From an uncultured Spirochaetota bacterium (GTDB lineage Bacteria > Spirochaetota > Spirochaetia > SZUA-6 > Fen-1364): a stretch of DNA of 64,000 nucleotides. How positions within the stretch are numbered: the first letter of the stretch is position 1; every line of letters starts with the position of its first letter. Position numbers and translations under genes: made by a program. Where the stretch lies: positions 579,333-643,332 of the forward strand of contig CAVYIU010000009.1 in NCBI GenBank assembly GCA_963768665.1, written 5' to 3'. The notes under the pieces are model-generated. The model saw only the letters and a program-made list of their open reading frames with translations, did no database searches and was not told the DNA's origin. Shown here piece by piece: positions 31,501-44,008 of the stretch.

Positions 31501-31800
31501 CTAGGCGGACAGGATCATGAGCGCAACGATGAACCCCCAGAGACAGATTCCTTCGGCGAGACCGACGAACGGGATCGCCTTTCCCGAGAGATCCGGGTTC
31601 TCGTCATGGCGGCCATGGCGGCCGCGCCGATCTGGCCGACGGCGATTCCCCCGCCGAGTGTCGCCAGCCCGACGGCCAGCGCCGCGGCGATGTAGCGCAG
31701 GGCGGACCCCGCGGGCGCGGTCGTCGCTGCCTGCGCGAAGACCGCCGGCACGCGCGGCCACGAGGAACAGCCCGAGGGTCACAAGAATGCGTTTCTTCAC
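31501..31800 (-). CDS. atpK: V-type ATP synthase proteolipid subunit K (2 frameshifts)
   Basis: GTG 31800 preceded by GGAGG. VKKRILVTLGLFLVAA.., ..LRYIAAALAVGLATLGGGIAVGQIGAAAMAAM.. and ..NPDLSGKAIPFVGLAEGICLWGFIVALMILSA*. Confidence 0.7.
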   Translation of the reverse strand: MKKRILVTLGLFLVAARAGGLRAGSDDRARGVRPALHRRGAGRRAGDTRRGNRRRPDRRGRHGRHDENPDLSGKAIPFVGLAEGICLWGFIVALMILSA

Positions 31801-33793
31801 CTGTGAACCTCCCGAGATGCCAAGATTGAAAGGAGTGAACTGCTCTCCCGATTCCGTGAAGAACTTGGAGAAGAACTCGTAGTATTCGAGCCTCACGACC
31901 TGGATCGTCACGACGAGCCCTTCCAGCACGACGATGATCGAGTTGCCGATCAGGTAGATCAGCGCGGCGTAAAAGGGCCCGCCCGACGCCCGAGCCGACC
32001 ATGCCGGCGAGCAGGCACATGATCGCGCTGAGCACCGTGTGCGCAAGGCCGAACGCCGCGACGCGGAGAAAGGACACGGAATTGGAGACGTAGTAGATCG
32101 CCGATTCCAGGACCTCCGCGATGCCTTCCATGACGAAGCCGAACACCCCCTCCTTCAGCAGGGGCCGGTGGCCCTCCGCGAGGCGCAGGATGGGTTCGCG
32201 GAAGAACAGTGCCAGGAGAGGCAGCGCGATGATGGCGAAATCGAAGCCATGGACCTTGCCGCCCAGGACGATCCGCACGGCAACGGAAAGCGCGTACCAG
32301 AAGAAGAACGCACCGGCGATCCCGGTCTTCGAGAGAAGCGCGTTCTGCCAGTCACGCCGTCGCACGGTGTTCACGATGTTGATGACGAGGCCCAGCGAAT
32401 TGATCACCGCCCCGATGGCGATGGTGACGCCAAAGAAGACGATGATCCGCTGGAAGCCTTCCAGCGAGACAATCCGGTCGATCGGGGTGCCGAAGAGATG
32501 CCCCGTGAGAAAGCGGGTCGCGGGCACCAGCACGCCTTCGTTGGCGAATACCGAGCCGTAGAGCAGCCCCGCCACCATGGAGGCGGCACCGGCAAGGAGA
32601 AAGACGACGCCGAAGTGCCTCCGCCGATACTCGGCGAACGCCTTTACCCGGCCGCTGCTGATGGCCAGGCCCAGCAGGACTCCCACGAACCCCTGCCCGA
32701 CGTCACCGAACATGATGGCGAACAGGAGAACGAACATGACGGCAACGAAGGGGGTTGGATCGACGGTGCCGTACAGCGGGACGGCATAAGAAAAGACCAT
32801 GCGGCTGAACCCGCGCACCAGCTTCCCGTGCGGTGTTGAGACCGGCACGCGGGTCGCGCGTTCCTTGACCTCGGGCAGCTCTTCCGGGTCGTATGACTGC
32901 ATTGCCATGCATCCCTTCGTGATGGCATCCAGCTCCTGGGTGATGCGGGGGAAACGGCGCGCGGGAACCCACCCGGTGATCTTCTGCACGCTCCCCGTGG
33001 AGCCGAACCCCTGCTTCAGCGCGTCTATCGAAGCGTCAACACCCAGGTGCGCAAGCAGAAAGCGCGTCTCCTCCCTGAGAGATTCACGCGCGCCGGCCTT
33101 GCGCGCTTCCAGCTCCGAAAGCCGGGCATCAACGCCGGCACCTTCTGCCGTGATCGCACTCAGCATGTCTGACGGGAGTCCCCCGTTGCCGGTCGGTATC
33201 TTCCCTTCCTGGAAATCCAGGCGCTTCAGCTCGGAATCCAGCGCCCACCGGCCCTTCTTCGTGGTCACGGCGAGCAGCTGTCCGGGCCGCCCGAGGGGCA
33301 CGACGAGCGCGCGCTTGCGCAGTCGCGCGGCCAGGTCATCCAGTCGCTCCGGCGCAACCGAACCGGTTCGAATCGTGATCCAGGGCCGGTTTTCGAGGTC
33401 CTTCAGGGGGATATCCAGGGCGTTGAAGGAAGCGAGGTCTTCCGCCGCCTGCTTCATGCCCAGCTTGCGCTGGAGAAGCTGTGCTTCTTCCTCCACGAGG
33501 TCCTTCACGGACTCCGCCAGGGCCGCCGCCCGGCCACGCAGGGATTCGCGGGTCGGCGCAGGGGACAGCGGGATGCCTCCCGCCCGCTCGTCGATGCCGA
33601 GGAAACGCGCGATCGCCTGGACCTTGAGGTTCAGCTCCGAGGCTTCCCTCTCTTCGCCGACCGCCTCGGCCGCGTCACGGTCTTCCGAGATCAGCTGCAT
33701 GCAGCCTGCAAGTCCCAGGTGCCGCATGACAGCGTCCAGGTCGGTCTTGAGGACGTGGAGCTCGATCTTCTTCATCCGCTCGGGAAACAGCAT
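31801..33793 (-). CDS. atpI: V-type ATP synthase subunit I (1 frameshift ~32000; 3' boundary unresolved)
   Basis: MLFPERMKKIELHVLKTDLDAVMRHLG.. is the cytoplasmic domain. It is followed by multiple TM helices and ..YVSNSVSFLRVAAFGLAHTVLS.., then ..IIVVLEGLVVTIQVVRLEYYEFFSKFF.. in another frame. No stop codon is visible in that frame before the atpK start. Confidence 0.85.
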
Positions 33794-34823
33794 CAGCTCG
33801 GCGCCCCCGACGCGTTCTTTCCAGCGGCAGGCGAGGCGATACCCGCGAGGCCGAGAAGGTCCTTTTCCGGGACTCCCAGGGCGATGCCCTCCACCGCCGT
33901 CGTCAGGAGGGATGCCTCCTGCAGTTTCAGCGCGAAGTAGGCGACGAACGGGCAGAGCGAGAACGGGTGCTGGTGCAGGAGCTGGTGGGCGCGGACGAAC
34001 AGCCGCTGCGACATGCGCGCTTCCGCGGCGACCGGGTCAGGGGCGCGGAAGGACTCGCCGAGCTGGTCCTCCAGCAGCCAGCCGAAGCGCCAGCGCCGCC
34101 ACTCCTCGATGGAATCAGCGGGGATCTCGAAGGCACGCGCGTACGCCTTGCGCGCCGTGTCCCCGGTTCGTCCGATGAGGAGCGGTCGCGCCGCGGCCTC
34201 GTCGAGGCCGTACGAAAAGCGCAGGCGCAGCGCCCAGACGGCATTCGCCAGCGATACCTCGAGGTTGACGTAGCGCAGGACGCCAAGGCGGTCTTCGCCC
34301 CGCAGCGCACGCGCGAGGCGCAGGAGCTCCTCGTAGTACCGGCCGTCTGCCAGGTTCTCCACCTTCTCTCGGGAGGCGCCCTTCAGGGCTGCAAGGGTCC
34401 ACGCGTAGGGACTTGCCCGGAGCGCCTTCTCGACGTCGTGGACATCGCGCAGGCGCAGCGAGGCGTACCTTCCGAGGTCGACGATGCGGGCCGTGTCCAC
34501 GCGTCCCTCGGAAAGCCCGCGCAGCACGACCTTGAGGTTGCGGTATTCGAAGCGGCGCAGCATGTGGACGAGGATGTCCTGCGCGCCGAGCTGGTCGAGC
34601 ACGACTCAAGCGCATCGATGCATGAGCGCACGATGCGCTGCTCCATTTCCGACCGGCGCGACTGCTGCAGGGCTTCTTCCTGCCCCCTGGGCCAGAGCAG
34701 GTCGTGGAGATCGTTCAACGACTTCAGCCTCAGCAGCTCGCGGAAGTTCGCCCCCATGTACGAGTGCGCGACCGCGCCATACATGCGGGCGAGAAGGAAT
34801 ATCTGGCGGGAGGAACGTTTCAT
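33793..34823 (-). CDS. atpC: V-type ATP synthase subunit C (eukaryotic d homologue) (1 frameshift ~34605)
   Basis: MKRSSRQIFLLARMYGAVAHSYMG..SEMEQRIVRSCIDAL joins the 269-aa ORF 33793-34602 (..ILVHMLRRFEYRNLKVVLRGL..). The stop overlaps the atpI start. Confidence 0.75.
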
Positions 34824-35125
34824 GCGCCGCCTGATGTGACGAGCTCGGCAAGCGCGCGCGCGAGGGCGGCAGGGTCAGGGGGCTTTCCGGCGAGCTCGGC
34901 ACGGAAGGCGGCGATCCGCGTCTCGCGCTCGGTCGCCAGTGCGCGCCGCTCCGCTTCCAGCGCGGCAGCAGCTCGACTGCCTTAGCCTTCGCCACCTCTT
35001 CGTGCCTCTTCTGCGACCTCGGCGCGGGCACGCGCCGTGCGGCCGCGCGCTTCGACCTCGGCCTCCGCCACCAGGGCGGCGGCCTGTTTCTCGATCGAAA
35101 GGAGTTTCTTCAGCATATCGGACAT
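34820..35125 (-). CDS. Small coiled-coil V-ATPase stalk subunit (G/H-like) (2 frameshifts)
   Basis: MSDMLKKLLSIEKQAAALVAEAEVEARAAARRA.. ..EEVAKAKAVE.. ..ALEAERRALATERETRIAAFRAELAG..ELVTSGGA*. It is the first gene of the operon, and its stop overlaps the atpC start (ATGA). Confidence 0.4.
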
Positions 35126-35155
35126 GATTGCTCCGTTCTTTCCCCGCTCGGCGCC

Positions 35156-36893
<1,738 letters not shown>

Positions 36894-36900
36894 GCAGTTC

Positions 36901-38088
36901 CTACTTGTCCTGCAGGGCCACGACGCCCGGGAGCTGTTTCCCTTCGAGAAGCTCCAGGGACGCGCCGCCTCCCGTGGAGACGTGCGTGATCTTCTCGGCG
37001 AGACCGAACTGGTTGACAGCCGCTACAGAGTCTCCGCCGCCCACGACGGTCATGCCCTTGCAGTCGGCAACAGCCTTTCCGATCTCCATGGTGCCCTTCG
37101 CGAACTCGGGAAACTCGAAGACGCCCATCGGCCCGTTCCAAAGCACCGTTTTCGCCTTGAGGATGCGCTCGCGGAAGAGGGCTGCCGACTTCGGCCCGAT
37201 GTCCATGGACATCATGTCCTGCCGGTGATGTCCGCTCCGTCGACGATCTGGCCTTCGCCTTCTCCGAAAACTCCGCTGCTACGCGCTGGTCGACGGGAAG
37301 GAGTACCTCCACCCCCGCTGCCTTTGCCTTCGTCAAGAACGCGGAAGCGGTGCCGACGAGGTCCTCTTCGACGAGGGACTTGCCGATCGTCGTGCCCCTG
37401 GATCTTGAGGAACGTGTAGGTCATGCCCCCGCCGATGATCATCGTGGTGACGCGGGGAAGCAGCGCTTCCAGGACGGCGATCTTCGTGGAGACCTTGGCC
37501 CCGCCGATGATCGCGACGAACGGGCTTCGCGGGGTTCTCGAAGACGCCGCCAAGGAACTTGATCTCCTTCTCCATGAGGAATCCGGCGACACCCGGGAGG
37601 ATCTTCGCCACGCCTTCCGTGGATGCATGGGCCCGGTGCGCGGTGCCGAAAGCGTCGTTGACATACACGTCGCCCAGGCCGGCGAGCTTGCGCGCGAAGT
37701 CGGGGTCGTTCTTCTCTTCCTCCGGGTGGAAAGCGCACGTTTTCCAGGAGCACGACGTCCCCCGGCTTCATGGCCTTCACCACTGCCTTCCGCCTCGGGC
37801 CCGACGCAGTCCGGAGCGAGGGTGACCTTGCGGCCCAGCAGCTCCGACAGCCGCTCCGCCACGGGGGCAAGGCTGTTCTCCTTGTCCGGCTTCTTGGGCC
37901 GTCCGAGGTGGCTCATGAGGATGAGGGTGGCGCCCTTCTGGTCGAGGATGTAGTTCAGCGTCGGCAGCGCCGCGGTGATGCGCGTGTCATCCGTGATGCG
38001 CCCCTTCCTTCAGGGGCACGTTGAAGTCCACGCGCACAAGCACGCGCTTCTTCCTCAGATCAACGTCGCGAACGGTCTTCTTGGCCAT
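36901..38088 (-). CDS. pgk: Phosphoglycerate kinase (>=6 frameshifts)
   Basis: [72 protein letters not shown] and [28 protein letters not shown] are collinear across three frames. Confidence 0.9.
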
Positions 38089-38159
38089 ACGCATGCTCCT
38101 TGCACTGGCAATGAATCTCGCACGCTTTCAGCGAGATGGGATTGCCGAAATCACAAAAA

Positions 38160-38188
38160 AATATACGGGAAAGGGCCGGGAGTGTCAA
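38160..38188 (-). promoter_or_regulatory. Near-consensus sigma70 promoter of the pgk-tpiA-secG operon
   Basis: Minus strand TTGACA (38183-38188), exact 17-nt spacer, TATATT (38160-38165). It lies ~70 nt upstream of the pgk ATG. Confidence 0.6.
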
Positions 38189-38305
38189 CGGCGGAGGCCG
38201 TCCTGAGCACCCGGCGGGCTCGCGCGCCGCCGCGGCAGCCCCGGGCTGCTATCCCCCGATCCGGAAGAGCCGCGTCGAGGATGTTCCCGCTGCGCTGCGC
38301 CGGCG

Positions 38306-39040
38306 TCACGGTCGGCGGCGGCGTGTCTGCTGCACGGGATAGAGCACCTGGTCGCCGGCGTTGACGTAGTCGAAGTATCCGCGGCCCGCGACGGTTCCCT
38401 CCGAGACCCCTTCGTCGGCGCCGGTCACGGTGAAGTCGCCCACCACGTCCTTCTCGTCGTAGGTGAGCCCGGGCCGTCCGACTGAAGGCGCACACCGCCC
38501 TGGCGCACGATCACCAGCGTGTCGTCCTTCTTGACGCCCTGGAAGTGACCCGAGGTCGATCACGCCCTGGCCGAACTTCCGCACCAGCAGGCTTCCCCGC
38601 GGCCGAGCAGCAGGCCCGCGACACCTGCCGGCCAGCTTCATGAGCGAGTCCCGCACCCTGTCGTTTCCCGTGCGGAACGCCGCGAAGCTCGCGATGCGCC
38701 CGCCGGTCCGGGCAGAGATACAGGTCCGCAGTGGCGGAGAAGCTCCGGTCCGCCTCGTCGACGGCCAGGACGACGAAGTAGTCGGTGCCCGCGGCCCGGG
38801 CCGCGCGGAACGCGTCGTCGAAACCGGTGACGGCCGGCGGCGCGTCCGGCACGCTGATCGCGTCGAACCGGCCCAGCAGGGAGGCGAAATAGCGCGGCGA
38901 CGTCGTCGCTGGCCAGCGGATGGGTCAGGCGGTTTGCGCGGCGAGGGTGTAGACGGGAATGCGTGTAGCGGGTGCGCTCCAGGTTGTACTGGTCGTAGCC
39001 CCACGACCGGGAGACCGACTCCGGCCAGGCTGCTGTGTCA
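38306..39040 (-). CDS. Hypothetical protein (>=4 frameshifts)
   Basis: Collinear protein-like fragments: ..YFASLLGRFDAISVPDAPPAVTGFDDAFRAARAAGTDYFVVLAVDEADRSFSATADLYL.., ..IASFAAFRTGNDRVRDSLMKLAGR.., ..GLTYDEKDVVGDFTVTGADEGVSEGTVAGRGYFDYVNAGDQVLYPVQ. No family was recognised and the boundaries are approximate. Confidence 0.3.
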
Positions 39041-40262
39041 GCCCTCGATCTCGTCCTGCACGAAGGTGTCCTTCACGCCGAGCTTGGCGAGGACCTGCAG
39101 CTCGCTCAGGTACTTGGCCGGGAAACCGAGGGTCGATAGATCCGCGCGTATCCCACGCGGGCGTCCCGCGAGGTCGGGTCCAGGATCAGCGCCCGGCGGT
39201 ATTCGGCGAGCGCCTTTTCCAGGTAGCTCCTCTCTTCCTGGTCCTGTCCCTGCGCCATGTGGAACGAGGGCCATCTTCTTCCGCTGCGCATCGTCCATCG
39301 GGAGAGACTCGACGCGCGGTCGCCTCCTGCGCGATGCGGGCCATCTCGTCGTCCGGCCGCGCCTGCAGTGCGCGTCGCGAAGCTCGCGATTGCCTTCGCC
39401 GGGATCCCCTGACCTGCGGTACGCCAGGCCCAGGGCGTACCAGGCGAGCGCGTTGTCGCGGTTGGCGCTGACGACGTCCGGAAGCGACGCGATGGCGTCG
39501 GTGTAGCGCGCCGGTCTGCAGGTAGACCTGCGCCGAGGAGGATCTTGGCCCGTTCCAGGCCCGGCTTCAGGGAAAGCGCGATCTGCGCGTGCTTCTCCGC
39601 GGCTGTCGAAATCCCCGTGGAGGCATACCAGCCCGCCGCGGCGAGCTGCACCCGCGGGTCGGAGGAATGGCTCTTCAGGCGCGAGCTCGTAGTAGCGCGC
39701 CGCCCCGGCCGCGTCCCCGCGTCTCGTCGGAGAGCATGGCAAGGGAGAGAAGCGCCTTGCGTGCTTTCCGGGGCGAGCCTCAGGGTCTGCGTGTACTGCG
39801 GCCCAGGGCGTTCCTCGTCCTGCCCTCCGCGATGTCGGCCTCGGCCATGCCCAGCCGCGCCTCCACGTTGTTCGGCTGCTGGTGCGAGCACGCGCTGGCG
39901 AACAGCGCGCGCGCTGCCGGGACGTCCCCCTGCCCGATGCGGATCCTGCCCTCCAGCACGGCGAGGTCGGGGTTGTTCGCGGTCGTAGGTGCGCGCCATG
40001 GCCGCGTACCGCGCACGCCTCGTCGTACTCCTCCAGCAGGAGGAAGGACTCCGCCAGGCCCGACCATGGGCTCCAGGTAGGCGGGGTTCAGCGAGAGCGC
40101 CTCCTTGTACTTCTCCATCGCCAGCTCGTAGTCCTCGACTCCCTGCGCCGCGGCGCCGGCAAGGTACGCCGCCCGCGCATCGGCGCGCGACTGCAGTGTC
40201 CCGCCGCCGAGGACGAGGAACGAGAGAGCCACGCACGAGAGCCTGCCAAGGATCCGCGTCTG
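39038..40262 (-). CDS. TPR-repeat protein with signal peptide (>=6 frameshifts)
   Basis: RILGRLSCVALSFLVLGGG signal. TPR-type helices include AYLAGAAAQGVEDYELAMEKYKEALSLNPAYLEPMVGLAESFLLLEEYDEA.., NNPDLAVLEGRIRIGQGDVPAARALF, NALAWYALGLAYRRSGDP and SYLEKALAEYRRALILDPTSRDARVGYARIY. It ends ..VQDEIEG*. Confidence 0.6.
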
Positions 40263-40264
40263 TT

Positions 40265-40785
40265 CACAGCGTCTGCACCCTCCACGATGCGCTCTGTCTC
40301 GCAAGCTTCCCTCAGGAGACGCTTCCTGCAGGGCGAGCATCCGCCCGCCGTGCCCGCGTCCGTGGTCCATCCCGGCAAGGTGCAGGATCCCATGGACGGG
40401 AGCCTCTTCAGCTCCTCCTCCTCGGTGCACGCCGAATGCCGCGGCGTTCCGTCGCAGCATCCAGCGAAATGCGCAATGTCCCCGGCGAACGCCTGCCCTG
40501 GCGATCACGAGGGTCGTCTCTCGGGAAGGAGAGCACGTCCGTGGCGCCGTTCTTTCCCCGATAGCGCTCGTTCAGCGCGGCCATCCGCTCGTCGCCGCAG
40601 AGCAGGATCGAGAGGTCCCACTGCGCGAAGCCGGCCGTCGCCAGGACGCGGGCGCAGAACCGCGGAGACCGGGCCTGCCAGCGCGGCGGCCCGGACACCC
40701 GTCCACCGCGATTTCCACCTGCGCCCGGGACCTCGCGTCGGACCGTTCACGCCCGGTCCCTGCAGCCCCGTTCTGCGGCCCTCAT
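40265..40785 (-). CDS. ybeY: rRNA maturation endoribonuclease YbeY (>=3 frameshifts)
   Basis: WDLSILLCGDERMAALNERYRGKNGATDVLSFP and the zinc-binding motif HGILHLAGMDH. The start overlaps the stop of the upstream HD gene. The 3' end is approximate. Confidence 0.75.
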
Positions 40786-43007
40786 GCCTGGCTCCGCCTT
40801 CCGCGGACGAGCTTCGGGTACTCGATCCGCGTATGGAAGTACCCTTCCAGGATGTGGACGAAGCTCTTGCGGATGAGCTCCAGGTCACGCAGGGTGAGGA
40901 TCGAGTCGCCCAGCTCTCCCGAGGTGAACTTCTCCATGATCATGTCGTGCACGAAGGGCTCCAGGCGCGGCCTCCGTCGGCCTCTTCAGGGTGCGCGACG
41001 CGGCCTCCACCGTGTCGGCGAGCATGAGCACCGCGGCCTCCTTGGTCTGGGGCCGCACACCCGGGTAGGAGTAGTCATCGCGCGAGAGACGGGGGTTTTT
41101 CCCCTCTTTCACGGCGCGGTGGTAGAAGTACGTGATGAGGCCCCGCCATGGTGCTGCGCGATGATGTCGATGATCGCCTGCGGGAGGTTCAGCTCGTGCG
41201 CCTTCTCGATCCCGATGCGCACGTGGCTCTTGATGACGGCGACCGAGAGACTGGGGCGCATGTCATCGTGCTTGTTGTACGCCTTCTGGTTCTCCACGAA
41301 GTAGTCGGCCTGGTCGACCTTGCCGATGTCGTGGTAGTAGCGCGCTCACCCGGGCGAGAAGCGCGTTGGCGCCGATGGCCTCGCAGGCGGTCTCGGCGAG
41401 GTTCGCCACGCTGATGGAGTGGGTATAGGTGCCGGGCGCCTGGGAGAGCATCCGTTTGAAGATCGGCGAGTTCAGGTCCGAGAGCTCCATGAGCTTGAAC
41501 CGGGTGGGCGCGTTCAGGAGAAGCTCGAAGATCGGGAGGAAGCCCAGGGTGAGGATGCCGCAGAGAAAGCCGTTGGCGAGTCCCCCGACCACCATGGCCA
41601 GCACCATGCCGCGGCGCGTCGTTGGTGAGAAGACCGAGGAGCGCCAGGATCAGCGCATCCACCAGGGCGAGGAGCAGCCCTGCCCTGACAAGGTCGATAC
41701 GCTTCTGCGCCTCCAGGACGACCGCGGTCGCTGCCATGCCGCTGAGAAACGCGAAGAGAAAACCCTGCACGCCCATGGACGTCAGGAGCAGCAAAGCGAG
41801 GGAGACCACGAGAGAGAAGAAGACCCCGACGGGCGTGGAGATCAGGATGGCGACGAAGCATCGCCATGGCGCTGGTCGGGATGACCACCGCTGCCGGTAT
41901 CCAGTCAGGAAGGGCAACGAAGCGGACCACCAGGGCGCTGCAGAGGATGTGGCCGAGTCCCATTCCCAGCACCAGGAAGACCTGGGCCCGGCGCAGCGAA
42001 GGCCCGGCGCTTCGAAGCGTCAGGAGGTAGATGGCCGCCGAGAAAACCACGAGGAGAAACAGGATGCTGCCGAAGACGCGGTTCAGATCGACCGTGCGGC
42101 TGTAGGCGCCGAGGGACCTGATCCTCTGCGACGCGGCCTCCGAGATGATGTCCCCGCGGCGCACGAGGACCTGGCCGCGGGAAAGCTTCTCCGTGACGGG
42201 AACGACCTCGGCACGGGCGCGGTTGCGGTGCACCAGCGTCGTCTCGGCGTCGTAGAAGGCGTTGTCCGCCGCGAAGGCGACGACGAGGAACGCGGCCACG
42301 CGGCGCTCGGCGTCGCCAAGGGCCCCTTCCCGCACTCGCCCGTCGGCCCACGAGGCGAGGGAGTCCGTGGTGAGCACCTGGTCGAGGGGAACCTGCTCCG
42401 ACTGGACGCGCCCGTCGACCATGCTGCGCAGCTCCACGGCGCCAGCCCGCTCGGCCTCCTCGCGGTGGGCAATGAGATCCACCACGCCCCGCCCGAGCGC
42501 TCCGTCAAGCAGCCCGCGGCCGCGGTCCAGCGAGGCTGCGGGAAGCCGGGAGTTGAGGAGGAGATGCAGGTCCTGGCGGGTGACCCTGTCGGGGAAATCG
42601 ACCTGGACGGACTGGAAAATCCTGTCTTCCGAGGCTTCCTGGCGGACCTGCCGGAGAATCGACTGGGTGAACCGGTCGTAAGAGGCGAGCGTCGTCGAGG
42701 TGACCACCGGGTCCAGGGTGAACACCGGGGGAACGAGGTCGGCCTGGGCATCTCTCTTCAGCTCCGTCGAGGTCTCGTCCACGTACTGGAAGTCCCGCTC
42801 GACGACGAAGTCCTTGTCCGCGACCGACCCCGGGAGCCAGCCGTCCGTGCCGCGGAGGGAAAAGACCCGAGACTGGGTCGTCAGCAGGACCAGCACGCAT
42901 GCCGTCACGAACGCGCCGGCCGTGGCAATGGCGATCCATTTCTCGAGGCGCAGCCGCTGGTAGAGCTCCGCCGCGCGCGCGACGGAGGGGAAGCGGCTAT
43001 TCTTCAT
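40782..43007 (-). CDS. 7TM-receptor HD-domain phosphohydrolase (PgpH/YqfF-like) (>=5 frameshifts in 3' half)
   Basis: The 5' ~1.1 kb is intact (MKNSRFPSVARAAELYQRL.. extracellular domain). It is followed by 7 TM helices over ORFs 41514-43007, 41189-41917 and 41263-41607. HD domain: GTYTHSISVANLAE, YYHDIGK, IIAQHHG, MLADTVEAASR. It has the classical phoH-HD-ybeY operon position. Confidence 0.8.
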
Positions 43008-43956
43008 GCGCGGTTTCGTAGGCGTGCACGATCTTTCTCACGAGGGGGTTTCTCACGACGTCACGCTCCTCGAAAAAGGTGAAGCGTATTTCGCGGATCG
43101 GGGTGAGGATCGGGATGACGGTCAGGAGCCCCGAATCGGACTTTCGGGGAAGGTCGATCTGCGTGATGTCCCCGGTGACGACCGTGCGCGAGTTCTCACC
43201 GATGCGGGTGAGGAACATCTTCATCTGCTCCCGGGTGGTGTTCTGCGCCTCGTCGAGGATGATGAATGCCCCCGAGAGCGTCCGACCACGCATGTAGGCA
43301 AGGGGCGCGATCTCGATGGCCCCGCTCTCTTCCATCCGGCGGAACATCTCCATGGGAATGAGCGTCTCGATGGCATCATAGAGCGGGCGCAGATAGGGAT
43401 GGATCTTCTGGGAAAGGTCGCCGGGGAGGTACCCGAGGCTCTCGCCTGCCTCCACGACAGGCCGGGTCAGGATCAGCTTGCGCCTGTTCTGTCCGAGCAC
43501 CTGGCGGAGTGCCTGTGCGATGGCGAGGAATGTCTTCCCGGTTCCCGCGGGACCCACCCCGAAGACGATTTCCGAGCTCTCGATCGCCTCGAGATAGACG
43601 GCCTGGTTGTAGGTCCTCGGGTAGACTTTTTTCAGGCCGTTGGGGATGACGACATGGCTGCGCTTGAGGATGTCGGCCTTCTCATCCTCTCCCGCGACGA
43701 GGGAGCCGTGGATGCTGCGGATGAGGTCCGGACCGGGGAGCTGGCCGAGGCGTATATGGTCCTCCAGCTGCTGGAGAAGGCGCGTGAAAGTCTTCTGAAG
43801 GGTGTCGTCGGCCGAATCGAGGAAAATCTCGTTGCCGCGCGAAAAGACGCGGGCTCCCAGGAGCTCCTCCACCACCTTCAGGTTGCTGTCGTTCACGCCG
43901 CAGATTTCCGGCAGGATGGTCTGGTCGCTCACGACGACCGTCAGCGGTTTTGCCAT
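42997..43956 (-). CDS. phoH: PhoH-like ATPase (YbeZ)
   Basis: Intact 319-aa ORF. Walker A GVGPAGTGKTF and Walker B FIILDEAQN. ..VVTGDITQIDLP. Confidence 0.95.
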   Translation of the reverse strand: MAKPLTVVVSDQTILPEICGVNDSNLKVVEELLGARVFSRGNEIFLDSADDTLQKTFTRLLQQLEDHIRLGQLPGPDLIRSIHGSLVAGEDEKADILKRSHVVIPNGLKKVYPRTYNQAVYLEAIESSEIVFGVGPAGTGKTFLAIAQALRQVLGQNRRKLILTRPVVEAGESLGYLPGDLSQKIHPYLRPLYDAIETLIPMEMFRRMEESGAIEIAPLAYMRGRTLSGAFIILDEAQNTTREQMKMFLTRIGENSRTVVTGDITQIDLPRKSDSGLLTVIPILTPIREIRFTFFEERDVVRNPLVRKIVHAYETAHEE

Positions 43957-44008
43957 TCAACTCCCGTCCGCATCGTAGTAGAAACATCCGGCAGCGTCAA
44001 TTCAGGTC

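Noticed and set aside
38089-38305. 7-bp inverted repeat ATCTCGC-N9-GCGAGAT (~38113-38135) between the pgk promoter and the pgk start (38088), considered as a regulatory hairpin.
   Set aside because: The stem is short, there is no supporting conservation information, and it is compatible with chance in a 200-nt GC-rich spacer.
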